A DNA stretch of 64,000 nucleotides, taken from Candidatus Bathyarchaeota archaeon (lineage in GTDB: Archaea; Thermoproteota; Bathyarchaeia; Bathyarchaeales; Bathycorpusculaceae). The DNA lies in NCBI GenBank assembly GCA_963780185.1, contig CAWABA010000006.1:672001-736000 (forward strand), given 5' to 3'. Below, one piece after another: positions 1 through 10,024 of this stretch; positions within the stretch are counted from its first letter, which is position 1; each line of letters opens with the position of its first letter. The notes below the pieces were generated by a model. That model saw only the letters and a list, made by a program, of their open reading frames with translations, ran no database searches and was not told where the DNA came from. The position numbers were made by a program, and so were the translations under genes.

Positions 1-182
1 AGAAGCCGACTTGCCATGGTAAATTCACGTTTTTATGGGATGACTGCTGCGAAAATAAGGCTATTACGTTTATTTTTGCTGCGTGCAAGTGCCGATTTTT
101 ATGCTGTATTATAGAATTTTTGGCAAGCCGTTTTCGAATCACAGTCGAAGGCTGGATTTCATGAAAAAACTGGATCAACATC

Positions 183-987
183 TCATGGCTTGTGCGCTTC
201 GGCTTCTATACGCATCATTCCAACGTGAACTGTGCCTTCGGCGTCGGGAGGGTGCCTTTTGAGGTAGCGGTCAACTATTTCTTGGACGAATTTCGCTCTG
301 AAGTTCAGCGGGTAGCCTGTCGGTGAAGGGGAGCCATGTTGTGCGTACCCATCCAGCTAAGCCTTCTGCGCCGTTGTGCTTCATGTCTTTGGGGAAAAGC
401 TCGACCCGTTCAGCAACCAAGCCTGCTTCTTTCAGGAAAGCGCTGTACTCTTCGGGGTCGTAGAAGCCGTAGGGAAACGCCATGTTGTCAAAGAAGCCTT
501 TCCAAGGCTCCACATCCTCCAAGCTCGTTTATGATGTTTAGTACGTCTTTGGCGTTGCCTTTGCCAGCCATCTGAAACAGCAACCTGCCGCAGGGCTTCA
601 GGCTTCTTTGAACGCCCGCCAAGGACAGCTTTTTGGTCAACAATCCAATGCAATGCGGCATTAGAGAAAGCCACGTCAAATTCTGATTGGAAAGTCAATT
701 TCCTTGCATCCATCACTTGAAAAGACAGGTTCGGAAAATCTTTCTGCGGGAAGCTGGTTTTTGCCAGGTTTATCATTTTTTGTGAGCTGTCCACGCCGAC
801 TGCTCTGCCGTAGGGATAGGCACCGTGCGAGTTCCGCCGTGATTTTTCCGTCTCCGCAGCCGATGTCCAGCAACGCTTCGTTTCCTCGAAGTTTCAGTTT
901 CGGTATGAGTTCTTTTGCCCATTGGAACTGGTTTTGGCTGTTTTTGGCGTAGTCTTGGGCGTTCCAGTTGTATGGTTGGTTTGCCAT
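183..987 (-). CDS. Class I SAM-dependent methyltransferase (trans-aconitate methyltransferase-like), broken by several frameshifts
   Basis: Motif I LDIGCGDGKIT and FSNAALHW; consecutive ORF pieces 676-987, 432-794, 488-679 and 271-522, plus a C-terminal GTVHVGMMRIEAEAHKP* ending at 183, join into one protein. Confidence 0.85.
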
Positions 988-1000
988 GTTTTGCGCCTGC

Positions 1001-1578
1001 TTACTTGAATGCCATCTGCGAGACGGAGTAGTAGACGATTTCGCCTCTGCGGTTCATGACGGCGAGGACCATCTCTTTCTTTTGGCTTTGGCATTGCCGC
1101 AGTGCATCTGCCATCTGGTTTATGCCGAGGGGTTTGCCTTCTTGAATGCTAAGCACCAGGTAGGGTGCTGTGTCTTTTCCGTAGGCTCCGCGTTCGTAAA
1201 CTCGAAAGTCAATTCCGCCGCCGAAACCTTCCCGCGCCACGTATCCTCGGCTTCTCAGGTCGCGGTAAACGATGTAGCTGACCCAGGCGTTCTCGTTGAC
1301 GGCTTCGTAGCAGCGCAGAGGTCTTGGAAATTCATGGCTTTGCCTTTTTCGCCTTCCACTTCCAGCATGCCCTTATCCGCAAGATACAATGCCTCAAAAA
1401 AGGTGAGCGTGAAAACCTTATCCTCCGACGTGCCGTATCCCCGTTGGGTAAGCGCGTCGATGCTGCTTTGCTCAGCTACCACTATGCCTTTTTTGCGAGG
1501 ATGCCGCTGGTTCGGAATTCTGGAGACGGAGTTTTTTTGTTCTCGGTCATGAGTTAAATCAACCGTAATAGACTCCAT
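1001..1578 (-). CDS. endA: tRNA-intron (splicing) endonuclease subunit, probably the structural beta subunit; frameshifted near 1310
   Basis: LTFFEALYL N-domain; GFGGGIDFRVY...KKEMVLAVMNRRGEIVYY C-domain; catalytic Tyr and His positions not conserved. Confidence 0.85.
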
Positions 1579-1724
1579 TTTAGGGTTGTTGGCTCTTTAA
1601 CGTTATGCTGGGCAAAACCCATTTTTTCGGCTGCTATAAGAAAACTGATAAATGGGTTCTGGAATAACTAGTGTTGGGTGTCAATTTGGTTTCTGAAAGA
1701 GTAACACATTTTCTTGGATGTCAG

Positions 1725-2983
1725 ATGGCTACCTCTAATTCCGTGAAACTGCACAAACTAAGAAAGTTCATCGCATCGATGTCAACTAAAGAGGCAAGGG
1801 GATTGGAGTTCGTCTCGCTCTACATACCTCAGAGACTTCAGTGGATAACGTTGTGGCAAACCTCAAGTGCGAGCTTGAATCCGCAGCCGCAAAACCTGAC
1901 GGAGCAAGGGACGTTAGGAATCGTCTTGAAGACGCCTTCAAAAACGTAATCCAGCGTCTGAGGCTGCAGAAGGAAATTCCTGAGAACGGGCTCGCATTTT
2001 TTGCAGGAACTTACGTCGCCGGTGGGTCAGGAAACGAAGTTTTAAACGTTGAGGAACTTGCCCCGCCCGAGCCAGTTGCGACCTATCTTTACGAGGTTGA
2101 CAACCATTTCCATTTAGAGCCGCTCAGAGAAATGTTAAGAAGCCAAAAGGTTGTGGGGCTTATCGCTATGGGTTCCAAGGAGGCTAGCTTCGGCGTAGCC
2201 AATGGTGAACGCTTCGAATTTCTCGAAGATATTACGTCGGGGATTCCTGGGAAGTCGGGGAAGGGCGGGTCAAGCCAAAGACGCTACGAGAGAGAACGCG
2301 ACATGGAAGTCACATACTTTTTCCATCGAATTGCAGAGCACGCAGCAAAGGAGTTTCTTGAAAACAACAAAGTCACTGCCTTGGCAGTGGGAGGACCGGG
2401 ACAAACGAAACAGGATTTTTTGAATGGCGATTTCCTTCATTACGAGCTAAAGAACGCACTCCTAAGCGTAGTCGACACGCAATCGGTCGGCAAAGAAGGG
2501 GTGCGAGAGGTGCTTGAAAAATCTTCTGAAACAGTGAAGAATATGTGTGCGCCCGAGGAGAAGATGGTTGTTCAACGGCTTTTGGCGGAGATGAACAAAC
2601 AAAGCGGTTTAGCCACTTACGGACTGGATTCGGTGTTGACGGCGCTTAAGGCGGGTGAAGCCGAAGTTGCATTGGTGACAGATTGCACAGATGTGATGGA
2701 AATTGTTGCGGTTTGCCAGAAATGCGGAAATTCAAAAGCCAAGATTGCGCGTAAAGCAGAGAGCAGTCAAGCTATGCAGGAAATAAGGTCAAGCCCCTGC
2801 GAGAGGTGCCGCGGAATTGAATACGTGGTGGAGGAAAAAGACATGGTGGATGTTTTGGAGGATTTGGCTTCGCAGACAAACGCGACAGTTGAAGTGATAT
2901 CTACAGAATCGGAAGAAAAAGCAAAGCTCGCGGCTTTGGGAGGTTTTGCCGCCCTCTTAAGATACAAACCAAAAGTCACCTGA
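1725..2983 (+). CDS. Archaeal peptide chain release factor aRF1/eRF1 homologue with degenerate motifs; frameshift near 1835
   Basis: N-terminal RGLEFVSLYIP, ENGLAFFAG, IPGKSGKGGSSQRRYER, VGGPGQTK, CxxC...CxxC mini-domain, C-terminal LGGFAALLRY. Confidence 0.9.
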
Positions 2984-3046
2984 GCAAAACCGCCAAAACC
3001 TTTTCCGCAGGTTATCCGCAAACAACCCAGCTATGGTGACGCATGT

Positions 3047-4076
3047 TCACTTGGCTGGCTTTGTTTTCTTGAATTTGCCGTAGTCTTTGGGGTAGTAGAC
3101 TTGGGTTTCGCAGATTATCGCTGACACGTACTTTAGGGGTGTTATGTCGAAGGCGGGGTTCATGACTTTAACGCCGTCAGGGGCAATTTGTACCGAGCCG
3201 ACATGGGTAACTTCTTCGGGTTTGCGTTCCTCAATAACCACGTCCGCCGCCTTGTGCAGGTAGGTCGAAAGTAGATTTCGGCGCCGCCACATAAAATGGA
3301 ATCCCGTGTTCATGCGCCAGCACCGCCACGCTGTAAGTGCCAATTTTGTTGACAACGGCGTCTTGGACGATTCGGTCTGAGCCCACGATGACTTTGTCGA
3401 CGAGACCTTTGCTCATGACGTAGCCCGCCATGTTGTCCGTTATCAAAGTCACAGGTATCCCGTCCCGCATAAGCTCGTAAGCTGTGAGCCTTGCGCCTTG
3501 AAGCAGCGGGCGGGTTTCGTCAGCGATTACGCGGATTTTTTTGCCTTCTTCCCAAGCCGCGCGGATGACCCCCAATGCGGTGCCGTATTCCACGGTCGCC
3601 AACTCGCCCGCGTTGCAATGAGTCAAAATCGTGTCGCCGTCCGCTATGAGCACGGAGCCGTTTTTGCCGATGGCACGGTTCTGCGCCGCGTCTTCGTCGG
3701 CAATTTTCTGCGCCTCCAAAATAACCGCTTGCTTGACGGCTTCAACGTTGCCAGTTTCGCTTCGCGCTTTGCTAAGAACGCGGTCTACGCCCCAGAACAG
3801 GTTTACGGCGGTGGGACGCTGCCGCTTGATGATTGCGCCTGCATCTTCAAGCTCAACGAGCAGTTTTTCTCGGCTTTGCGCCTTTGAATGGTAAGCTGCC
3901 AAGGCGACGCCGAAGCCTGCCGCTGCACCCAGCAGTGGGGCGCCTCTGACTCGCAGTGTTTTTATGGCTTCAGCCATCTGCTCGACGGTTTTGATTTCCA
4001 AAATGACTTCTTGTAGGGGAAGTTTGGTTTGGTCGGGTGTGATTACTGTCCCGTTTTGCCACTTTATCATCCGCAT
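3047..4076 (-). CDS. mtnA: S-methyl-5-thioribose-1-phosphate isomerase (eIF2B-like family); frameshift near 3260
   Basis: DQTKLP, VRGAPLLG, RPTAVNL, LTHCNAGELATVEYGTA, ETRPLLQGARLTA, NKIGTY, NPAFDITP. Confidence 0.9.
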
Positions 4077-4141
4077 GTTTCTTGACTCCAAATGAATAGT
4101 ATTTGCCTAGTTGTTCGGATAATGTTAAAGATTTTCTGTAG

Positions 4142-4531
4142 CTAATTCTGGGTCCGTTGAACCAAGTCGTAGAGGTTGCCGTAAAGGTCTTCGAAAACCA
4201 CGTCGACACCGTACATTTGCTGAGTTGGGACGCCGTAGAATTTGACACCTTTCGCCTTCAATGCTTCGTAGTCTCGTCGACAATCGTCCGTCTGCAAAGT
4301 CAAAAAAACATGGTCGCCAGCCTGCTTCCCCAACGCTTTCCGCTTCACTTCAGTGTTGGCTAAAACAAAAGTTAACTCAAGGTCAGACTGGTCTTTGGGC
4401 GAAACAGTAACCCAACGCATGCCGCCCCCGAAATTATCGTCCCGTCTTTTTTGGAACCCCAACTTTTCAATATAGAAAGCTATTGCTTCATCAAAATCCT
4501 TCACTAACAAGGTAACGTGACCTATTTTCAT
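4142..4531 (-). CDS. VOC/glyoxalase family protein
   Basis: HVTLLVKDFDEAIAFY...FEDLYGNLYDL. Confidence 0.9.
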   Translation of the reverse strand: MKIGHVTLLVKDFDEAIAFYIEKLGFQKRRDDNFGGGMRWVTVSPKDQSDLELTFVLANTEVKRKALGKQAGDHVFLTLQTDDCRRDYEALKAKGVKFYGVPTQQMYGVDVVFEDLYGNLYDLVQRTQN

Positions 4532-4602
4532 GCCATCCGCTCCTGAAATCTTCGAAGATGGAAAGAAAATGTTTGCCTAAGCATATAAGCTTAAGCGGGG
4601 GT

Positions 4603-5355
4603 TTATGCGGAGTTGTCGAATGGGGATTTTAGGTTTGTGACGACTTCGACGGGTGATTCTTCGCCTGACTTTAGCCGTTTTTTCCATTCTTCCCCGACTG
4701 CGATTAGCGAGAAGATGCCTGAAACTTCAGCTTTGGACTTCTTCACAAGGGTAACGAGCGCTTCTTGGGTTTCGCCGCTTTTAATCATGTCGTCTACGAT
4801 GAGCACGCTGTCGCGTTTTTTGATGGCTTCTTTTGGGATGTAGAGGGTGACGGTTACGCCTGAATCCCGCCCTAAAATGTAGGTTTCGTCTAGGAAGGCT
4901 TTAACGCCGACTTCCTTGTTGCGTTTGGCAACGATAAGGTTTACGCCAAGCGCGTTGGCAACCATGGTGGCTAACGGGATGCCGTCTACTGCGGCGGTTA
5001 AGACTTTGGTGACACGTTTTCCCGCGAAGTTTGCGAGGGCGTGGTTGGCGGCTTGCTGCAGGATGTTGTAGTCGCCGACGATTTCTGTGTTGTCAAAGTA
5101 GCCTGCGTCGTCGAATTTTATTCTGCTGCGTAATTCAGCTTCTAAGCCGACCATTTTGTTTAGGACTCGCCATAGCTGTTTGGCTCTTGCGGTGTTTGGC
5201 AGTACGTGTCCTTTTGCATAGCGACTTAGAACAGTGACGGGCAGGTCGGTTTTTGAGGCTAATTCACGGTAGGTGATGTTTCGTTTGTATTTTGCTGTTC
5301 GAAGCAGTTCAATGGTCATTAATCGTAGTTTCAAATCTTCTGCGTGAGTGCTCAA
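4603..5355 (-). CDS. HTH + phosphoribosyltransferase-domain protein (PurR-like regulator)
   Basis: N-terminal HTH (ITYRELASKTDLPVTVLSRYAKGHVLP); PRPP motif VLIVDDMIKSGET. Confidence 0.85.
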   Translation of the reverse strand: MSTHAEDLKLRLMTIELLRTAKYKRNITYRELASKTDLPVTVLSRYAKGHVLPNTARAKQLWRVLNKMVGLEAELRSRIKFDDAGYFDNTEIVGDYNILQQAANHALANFAGKRVTKVLTAAVDGIPLATMVANALGVNLIVAKRNKEVGVKAFLDETYILGRDSGVTVTLYIPKEAIKKRDSVLIVDDMIKSGETQEALVTLVKKSKAEVSGIFSLIAVGEEWKKRLKSGEESPVEVVTNLKSPFDNSA

Positions 5356-5543
5356 ACCTTATCCCCTATTTTGTACATTTATAAGTTAATTAATCGACGT
5401 TTAGTTACTATCGCAGCGATACAATTTATGGGTTTCTGTCTATAAGAGGCACTGCATGAATCCACATGCCTAAAAAAGTGCAGAAAGACACAAGACAGCA
5501 TACTTAGGCGCCTTTACATTAAACTTTTTAGACACCGCGCCAA

Positions 5544-6113
5544 GTGCTATACCAAAGGGGAAGATTCACGCAGAGGCTCAACCGACTATTCATAACCGCG
5601 CTTTTCGGCTCAATAATCTTCGTCGTCAACGCTTTTCTGCCGCCCCCCATAAACTATGTGCTAATAGTAGTCCAAGCAGTCATCCTCGCCCTAAGCGCGT
5701 TGTTCGTCAAAAGATTGGGCGCAACCTACGTCGGAGCAGTCGGCGGACTCCTGTCGGCGCTTTGGAATCCAGCGTTGGGTCCTTTCACCTTTGTTTTCGC
5801 AACTCTTTTCGGCGTTTTCGTCGACGGGTTCATATTCATCTTCAGAATCCAGGCTTCAAGCGAAGGCGTGAACCGTAACAGGCTGATAGCCGCAATGGCG
5901 TTTGCCACGATGCTTATCGGGTTAGCAAGCTATTCGGCGTTTGCTGTTTTTCCACAGTTCGTTCCTTTTGCCAAGGGACTCTTCGGTTTATTCATCGAAA
6001 GAAGCGCGATGCTTGATTTTCTTGTCCTGTTTATGGGTCCAGCTACAGGTATCGTTGCGGGTTACGCCGCCGCTTACCTGTGGAACAAGTACCTGAGGCA
6101 CATCCACGTCTAA
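5544..6113 (+). CDS. Integral membrane protein, ECF S-component-like
   Basis: About 190 aa, 5-6 hydrophobic segments, GATYVGAVGGLLS pattern. Confidence 0.55.
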   Translation: MLYQRGRFTQRLNRLFITALFGSIIFVVNAFLPPPINYVLIVVQAVILALSALFVKRLGATYVGAVGGLLSALWNPALGPFTFVFATLFGVFVDGFIFIFRIQASSEGVNRNRLIAAMAFATMLIGLASYSAFAVFPQFVPFAKGLFGLFIERSAMLDFLVLFMGPATGIVAGYAAAYLWNKYLRHIHV

Positions 6114-6379
6114 ACGCCTAGCTGTTTTATTTTTTCGTCAACCAACTGAGCAATCATCAAATTGGAGACAAAAACGCATTTCACACCAAGCAACTGCGCC
6201 AGCTCAGCAGGCTTCTGGTCCTCCGTTACCAGGAGCAAATTGTGTTTCCCAGCATACTCTACGATTTCACGGTCTTTAGCGGCCTTCAAGCCTGCCTCGT
6301 GGGCAGTCAGCACCTCGTAGCCTAAACTCTCAAAATATTCTTTGAGACCTGTGTACATCTCATCCAGCAATAACTTCAT
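6110..6379 (-). CDS. DUF5615/Mut7-C PIN-like protein
   Basis: MKLLLDEM...DREIVEYA...LLVTED. Confidence 0.8.
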   Translation of the reverse strand: MKLLLDEMYTGLKEYFESLGYEVLTAHEAGLKAAKDREIVEYAGKHNLLLVTEDQKPAELAQLLGVKCVFVSNLMIAQLVDEKIKQLGV

Positions 6380-6520
6380 GCGCTAACCCATTTCAGTTTC
6401 CGCGCCAAATTATTTAGCCTTTCCTAACCACTAGCATCGCATGTGCTAGGCGGACACGCAATAATTTTAAGCAACATGCTTCTAGCAATTCAGTCAGCGA
6501 TTGCGTTTGATGTGATGCAA

Positions 6521-7885
6521 ATGACCAAGCTGTTTGGAAGTTCAGGTGTTAGGGGTCTGGTGAACGTTGATTTGACGCCCCAGTTAGCGTGCAAGGTCGG
6601 CTTAGCCGTAGCCACGTACTCCAAAGCCAAAAAAACCGTGGTCGCCTGTGACACGCGGGTTTCCGGCGGCATGCTGCAGGATGCGTTGGTTTCAGGTTTG
6701 CTTTCAAGCGGTTCAGACGTCTATTTAGCCGACATCGTTCCAACGCCCGCTTTAGCCTACGTTACCCGAGCGTTGGGGGCAAACGCGGGATTCATGCTTA
6801 CAGCTTCACATAATCCGCCTCAGTACAATGGGATAAAAGTGTTCAAACCTGACAGCCTATCGTACACTGACATGGATCAAGACGCCGTCGAAAAAAAAGT
6901 ATCAGACGGCACCTACGCCCGGGCTGATTGGCAGAAACTTGGCAAAACCATCCCCGTCAACGCAAGCCAAATCTACCTGGAAATGGCTTCCAAAGCCGTC
7001 AAGCTCAAGCGACATTGGCGCGTCATCGTTGACCCTGGATGCGGCGCCACCTTCAACGTTGCCCCCACATTACTCAAAGCCTTAGGCTGCAAAATCACCG
7101 CGCTTAATGCTCAAGCCGACGGATATTTCCCAGCCAGAAAATCCGAACCCACCGCCGAATCGCTCAAAGATTTAGCCAGCATCGTCAAGGCGCTTGGGGC
7201 GGATGTCGGAGTGGCTTTCGACGGAGACGGTGACCGAGTGGCATTTGTCGATGAGAAGGGCGAGTTCGCGAATTTTGATCGTTCGTTAGCTGGGTACGCC
7301 GCTTACGCGCTCAAGCAGGGTGGCGGCGGAACGGTTGTAACCAATGTTGAGGCTTCTATGTGTGTTGAAACGATGGCGCAGAAGCAGGGCGGCAAAGTCA
7401 TCCGCACCAAAGTTGGAGACATCTACGTTTCCGAAGCCATAAAGCAGTCAGGCGCGGTTTTCGGCGGCGAACCCTGCGGCGCATGGGTACACCCCAAACT
7501 TCACTTTTGCCCCGACGGACCCCTCTCGGCAGCACTTATGCTAAAAGCTCTGGAGGACACGGGTCAAACCTTGAGCCAATTCATAGATGCCGTGCCCGAG
7601 TACATAACCCAGCGAAAAAACATTTCAGTCAAGAACGAACAAAAATACAAGACGATTGCAAAACTGGAGTCAGCCCTGAAGGCGACGTTTCCTGATTACA
7701 CGGATTTCTCGACGGTAGACGGCGTTCGGCTGGCGCTTAAGCATGGGTGGCTTCTGGTTCGGGCTTCTGGAACGGAGCCGCTTATCCGCTTAACTGTTGA
7801 AGGAGAATCCACGGCAGTGGCAAACGATATAACCCAAAAGGCTACTGCATTAATACGTAAGCAAGTTGAGGCTGAAGTGACATGA
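6521..7885 (+). CDS. glmM: Phosphoglucosamine mutase
   Basis: LFGSSGVRG, TASHNPPQYNG, FDGDGDR, RASGTEP; overlaps a glmU-like gene. Confidence 0.9.
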   Translation: MTKLFGSSGVRGLVNVDLTPQLACKVGLAVATYSKAKKTVVACDTRVSGGMLQDALVSGLLSSGSDVYLADIVPTPALAYVTRALGANAGFMLTASHNPPQYNGIKVFKPDSLSYTDMDQDAVEKKVSDGTYARADWQKLGKTIPVNASQIYLEMASKAVKLKRHWRVIVDPGCGATFNVAPTLLKALGCKITALNAQADGYFPARKSEPTAESLKDLASIVKALGADVGVAFDGDGDRVAFVDEKGEFANFDRSLAGYAAYALKQGGGGTVVTNVEASMCVETMAQKQGGKVIRTKVGDIYVSEAIKQSGAVFGGEPCGAWVHPKLHFCPDGPLSAALMLKALEDTGQTLSQFIDAVPEYITQRKNISVKNEQKYKTIAKLESALKATFPDYTDFSTVDGVRLALKHGWLLVRASGTEPLIRLTVEGESTAVANDITQKATALIRKQVEAEVT

Positions 7886-9168
7886 AAGCTGTATTGTTAG
7901 CGGCTGGCGAAGGCGTAAGGCTCCAGCCCATAACTGCCACGCGCCCCAAACACCTCATCAAAGTAGGCGGCAAACCGATCCTACAATTCTGCCTAGAAGC
8001 GGTCAAGAACGCGGGAATAAGCGAGGCAGTCATAGTTACGCATTATATGGGAGATGCCATACGCCAATATTTTGGAAACGGCGAAAAACTCGGCTTAAAC
8101 ATTAGCTATGTTGAGCAAAAAGCGGTTCTCGGCACGGGAAACGCTGCGGCGGTTGCCGAGCCTAACGTGGATGGAGACTTTGTTCTGGTTTACGGGGATT
8201 TGCTTTTCGGCATAGATGCGGTGAAGGATACTCTGCGTCTGTTTGAACATGGCAAAACGGCGGCGGTAGTCGGCGTCGTCCCAGTTGATAACCCTGAAAG
8301 CTACGGAATAATTGCGTTGGATGAGAAGAAAAGGGTCAAAGGCATAGTTGAGAAGCCAGCTGCTGGAAAAGCACCGTCAAACCTAGCTAACGCAGGAGTC
8401 TACGTGTTTTCACCTGAAGTTTTTGACAAGATACGCCAAACCGAAGCCTCGGTCCGTGGCGAATGGGAATTAACGGACGCTTTTACGCTTCTTGCAAAGG
8501 AGGGCAAAACTGTTTTGGCTGCGGAGCTTTCGAAGGACGACTGGTTTGACGTGGGCAGACCATGGGATTTGCTGGACGCAAACAATTGGGCGCTCAAACG
8601 CATGGACCACAAAGTTTTAGGCACTGTTGAGCAGGGAGCCCACCTCATCGGGCAAGTCACGGTTGCAGAGTCTGCGCGCATACGTTCAGGCGCCTACATT
8701 GAAGGACCATGTTTCATTGATGACGAATGCGATGTCGGACCAAACTGCTACATCCGCCCAGGCACCAGCCTCGGCAGAAAAGTCCGCGTTGGAAACGCCT
8801 GCGAAATCAAAAACAGCATCATCATGGCTGGCACGCATGTCGGGCACCTATCCTACATCGGAGACAGCATCCTCGGCGAACACTGCAACCTTGGCGCGGG
8901 AACCGTAACGGCTAACTACCGCATGGACGCAGGCTCCATAAAAATGATGGTGAAAGACCAGATGGTCAACACGGGAAGAAGAAAACTCGGCGCAGTCTTC
9001 GGCGACAACGTAAAAACGGGGATTAAATCGCTGTTTATGCCAGGCGTAAAGGTCGGTGCGAACAGCTGGGTGGGACCAGGCTTCATGGTGGAACAAGACT
9101 TACCTGCCGACACAATCGCTTACCAAAAGCAAAACTGCAGCATACAAGAAAAGAAAAATAAGCAATAG
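7882..9168 (+). CDS. glmU: Bifunctional sugar-1-phosphate nucleotidyltransferase/acetyltransferase
   Basis: LAAGEGVRLQPIT..PKHL; C-terminal hexapeptide repeats; TGRRKLGA. Confidence 0.9.
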   Translation: MKAVLLAAGEGVRLQPITATRPKHLIKVGGKPILQFCLEAVKNAGISEAVIVTHYMGDAIRQYFGNGEKLGLNISYVEQKAVLGTGNAAAVAEPNVDGDFVLVYGDLLFGIDAVKDTLRLFEHGKTAAVVGVVPVDNPESYGIIALDEKKRVKGIVEKPAAGKAPSNLANAGVYVFSPEVFDKIRQTEASVRGEWELTDAFTLLAKEGKTVLAAELSKDDWFDVGRPWDLLDANNWALKRMDHKVLGTVEQGAHLIGQVTVAESARIRSGAYIEGPCFIDDECDVGPNCYIRPGTSLGRKVRVGNACEIKNSIIMAGTHVGHLSYIGDSILGEHCNLGAGTVTANYRMDAGSIKMMVKDQMVNTGRRKLGAVFGDNVKTGIKSLFMPGVKVGANSWVGPGFMVEQDLPADTIAYQKQNCSIQEKKNKQ

Positions 9169-10024
9169 GCAGAGTTCAAAAAGCTTGGAAACCCCGTTTT
9201 ATGAATTCTGAGTTCATAAAGCTTTAGAAGTAAATCCTCGTTTTTGGAATTGGGTCCAGAGGGAAATGCATTTGATGGTTCGCCATCACCTTTTGCATCT
9301 TCCGGAAAACTCTGGAACCCACTCCCGATAATCCAACGGTTAAGATTTTTACAAGTGTTGTTTTCTGCAGATTTCCTTTTTGTCGGCTTAGACATAGGCA
9401 AGACTGAATAAGGGTGCGAGACACTTGAGTGGTGATGGAAGGTCAGGAGGGCAATCAAAATAAAGAATAAAGCGAAAAATAAACCGAAAAGCGAAGTAAA
9501 AGGTCAAACAAAAAACAAAGGAAAAAAGACTTGGAAGCAACAATAAAGCTTCCTTGGGCAAGCAAAGTAAGCTTGGCCCATTTTTGGCGACACGTGAAAA
9601 CAGGGATAGCCCTGATGATTCAAAAATATGAAGACAATGTCTTCAGGCTTTTGCAATTTTGCTTTTGATTTGAAATTGAGCCTCTTTGCGCCCTTAACTA
9701 GAAGGCCGCTTGCGAGGATGTTGTCTTTCACTCTAAGAAACTATCTACTCTTTTAAAGTCATTTTAAATTGAATTGTAAACCTGTTTATCATCAATTATC
9801 CAATAACGATGACTCAGCTAATTCCCAGTCGAACCAGTACGATTAATTCTTTGTAATGGCATTAGCCATCCGCACCGATAAGGAAACAGAAAAATAAGCG
9901 AAAGCTCTAACGGAGTCAAAATCAACAAGACTAAAAAGCAAAACGACCTCTAAAATAATAAGCGACAGAGGAATAACTCGTTTCCGCAACAAGAACATCA
10001 TCATTCCAAGAAAATCAACTTCAT

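Noticed and set aside
9120-10020. Short minus-strand ORFs between glmU and the helicase
   Set aside because: Low-complexity, fragmentary, no recognisable motif; cannot be supported as genes.
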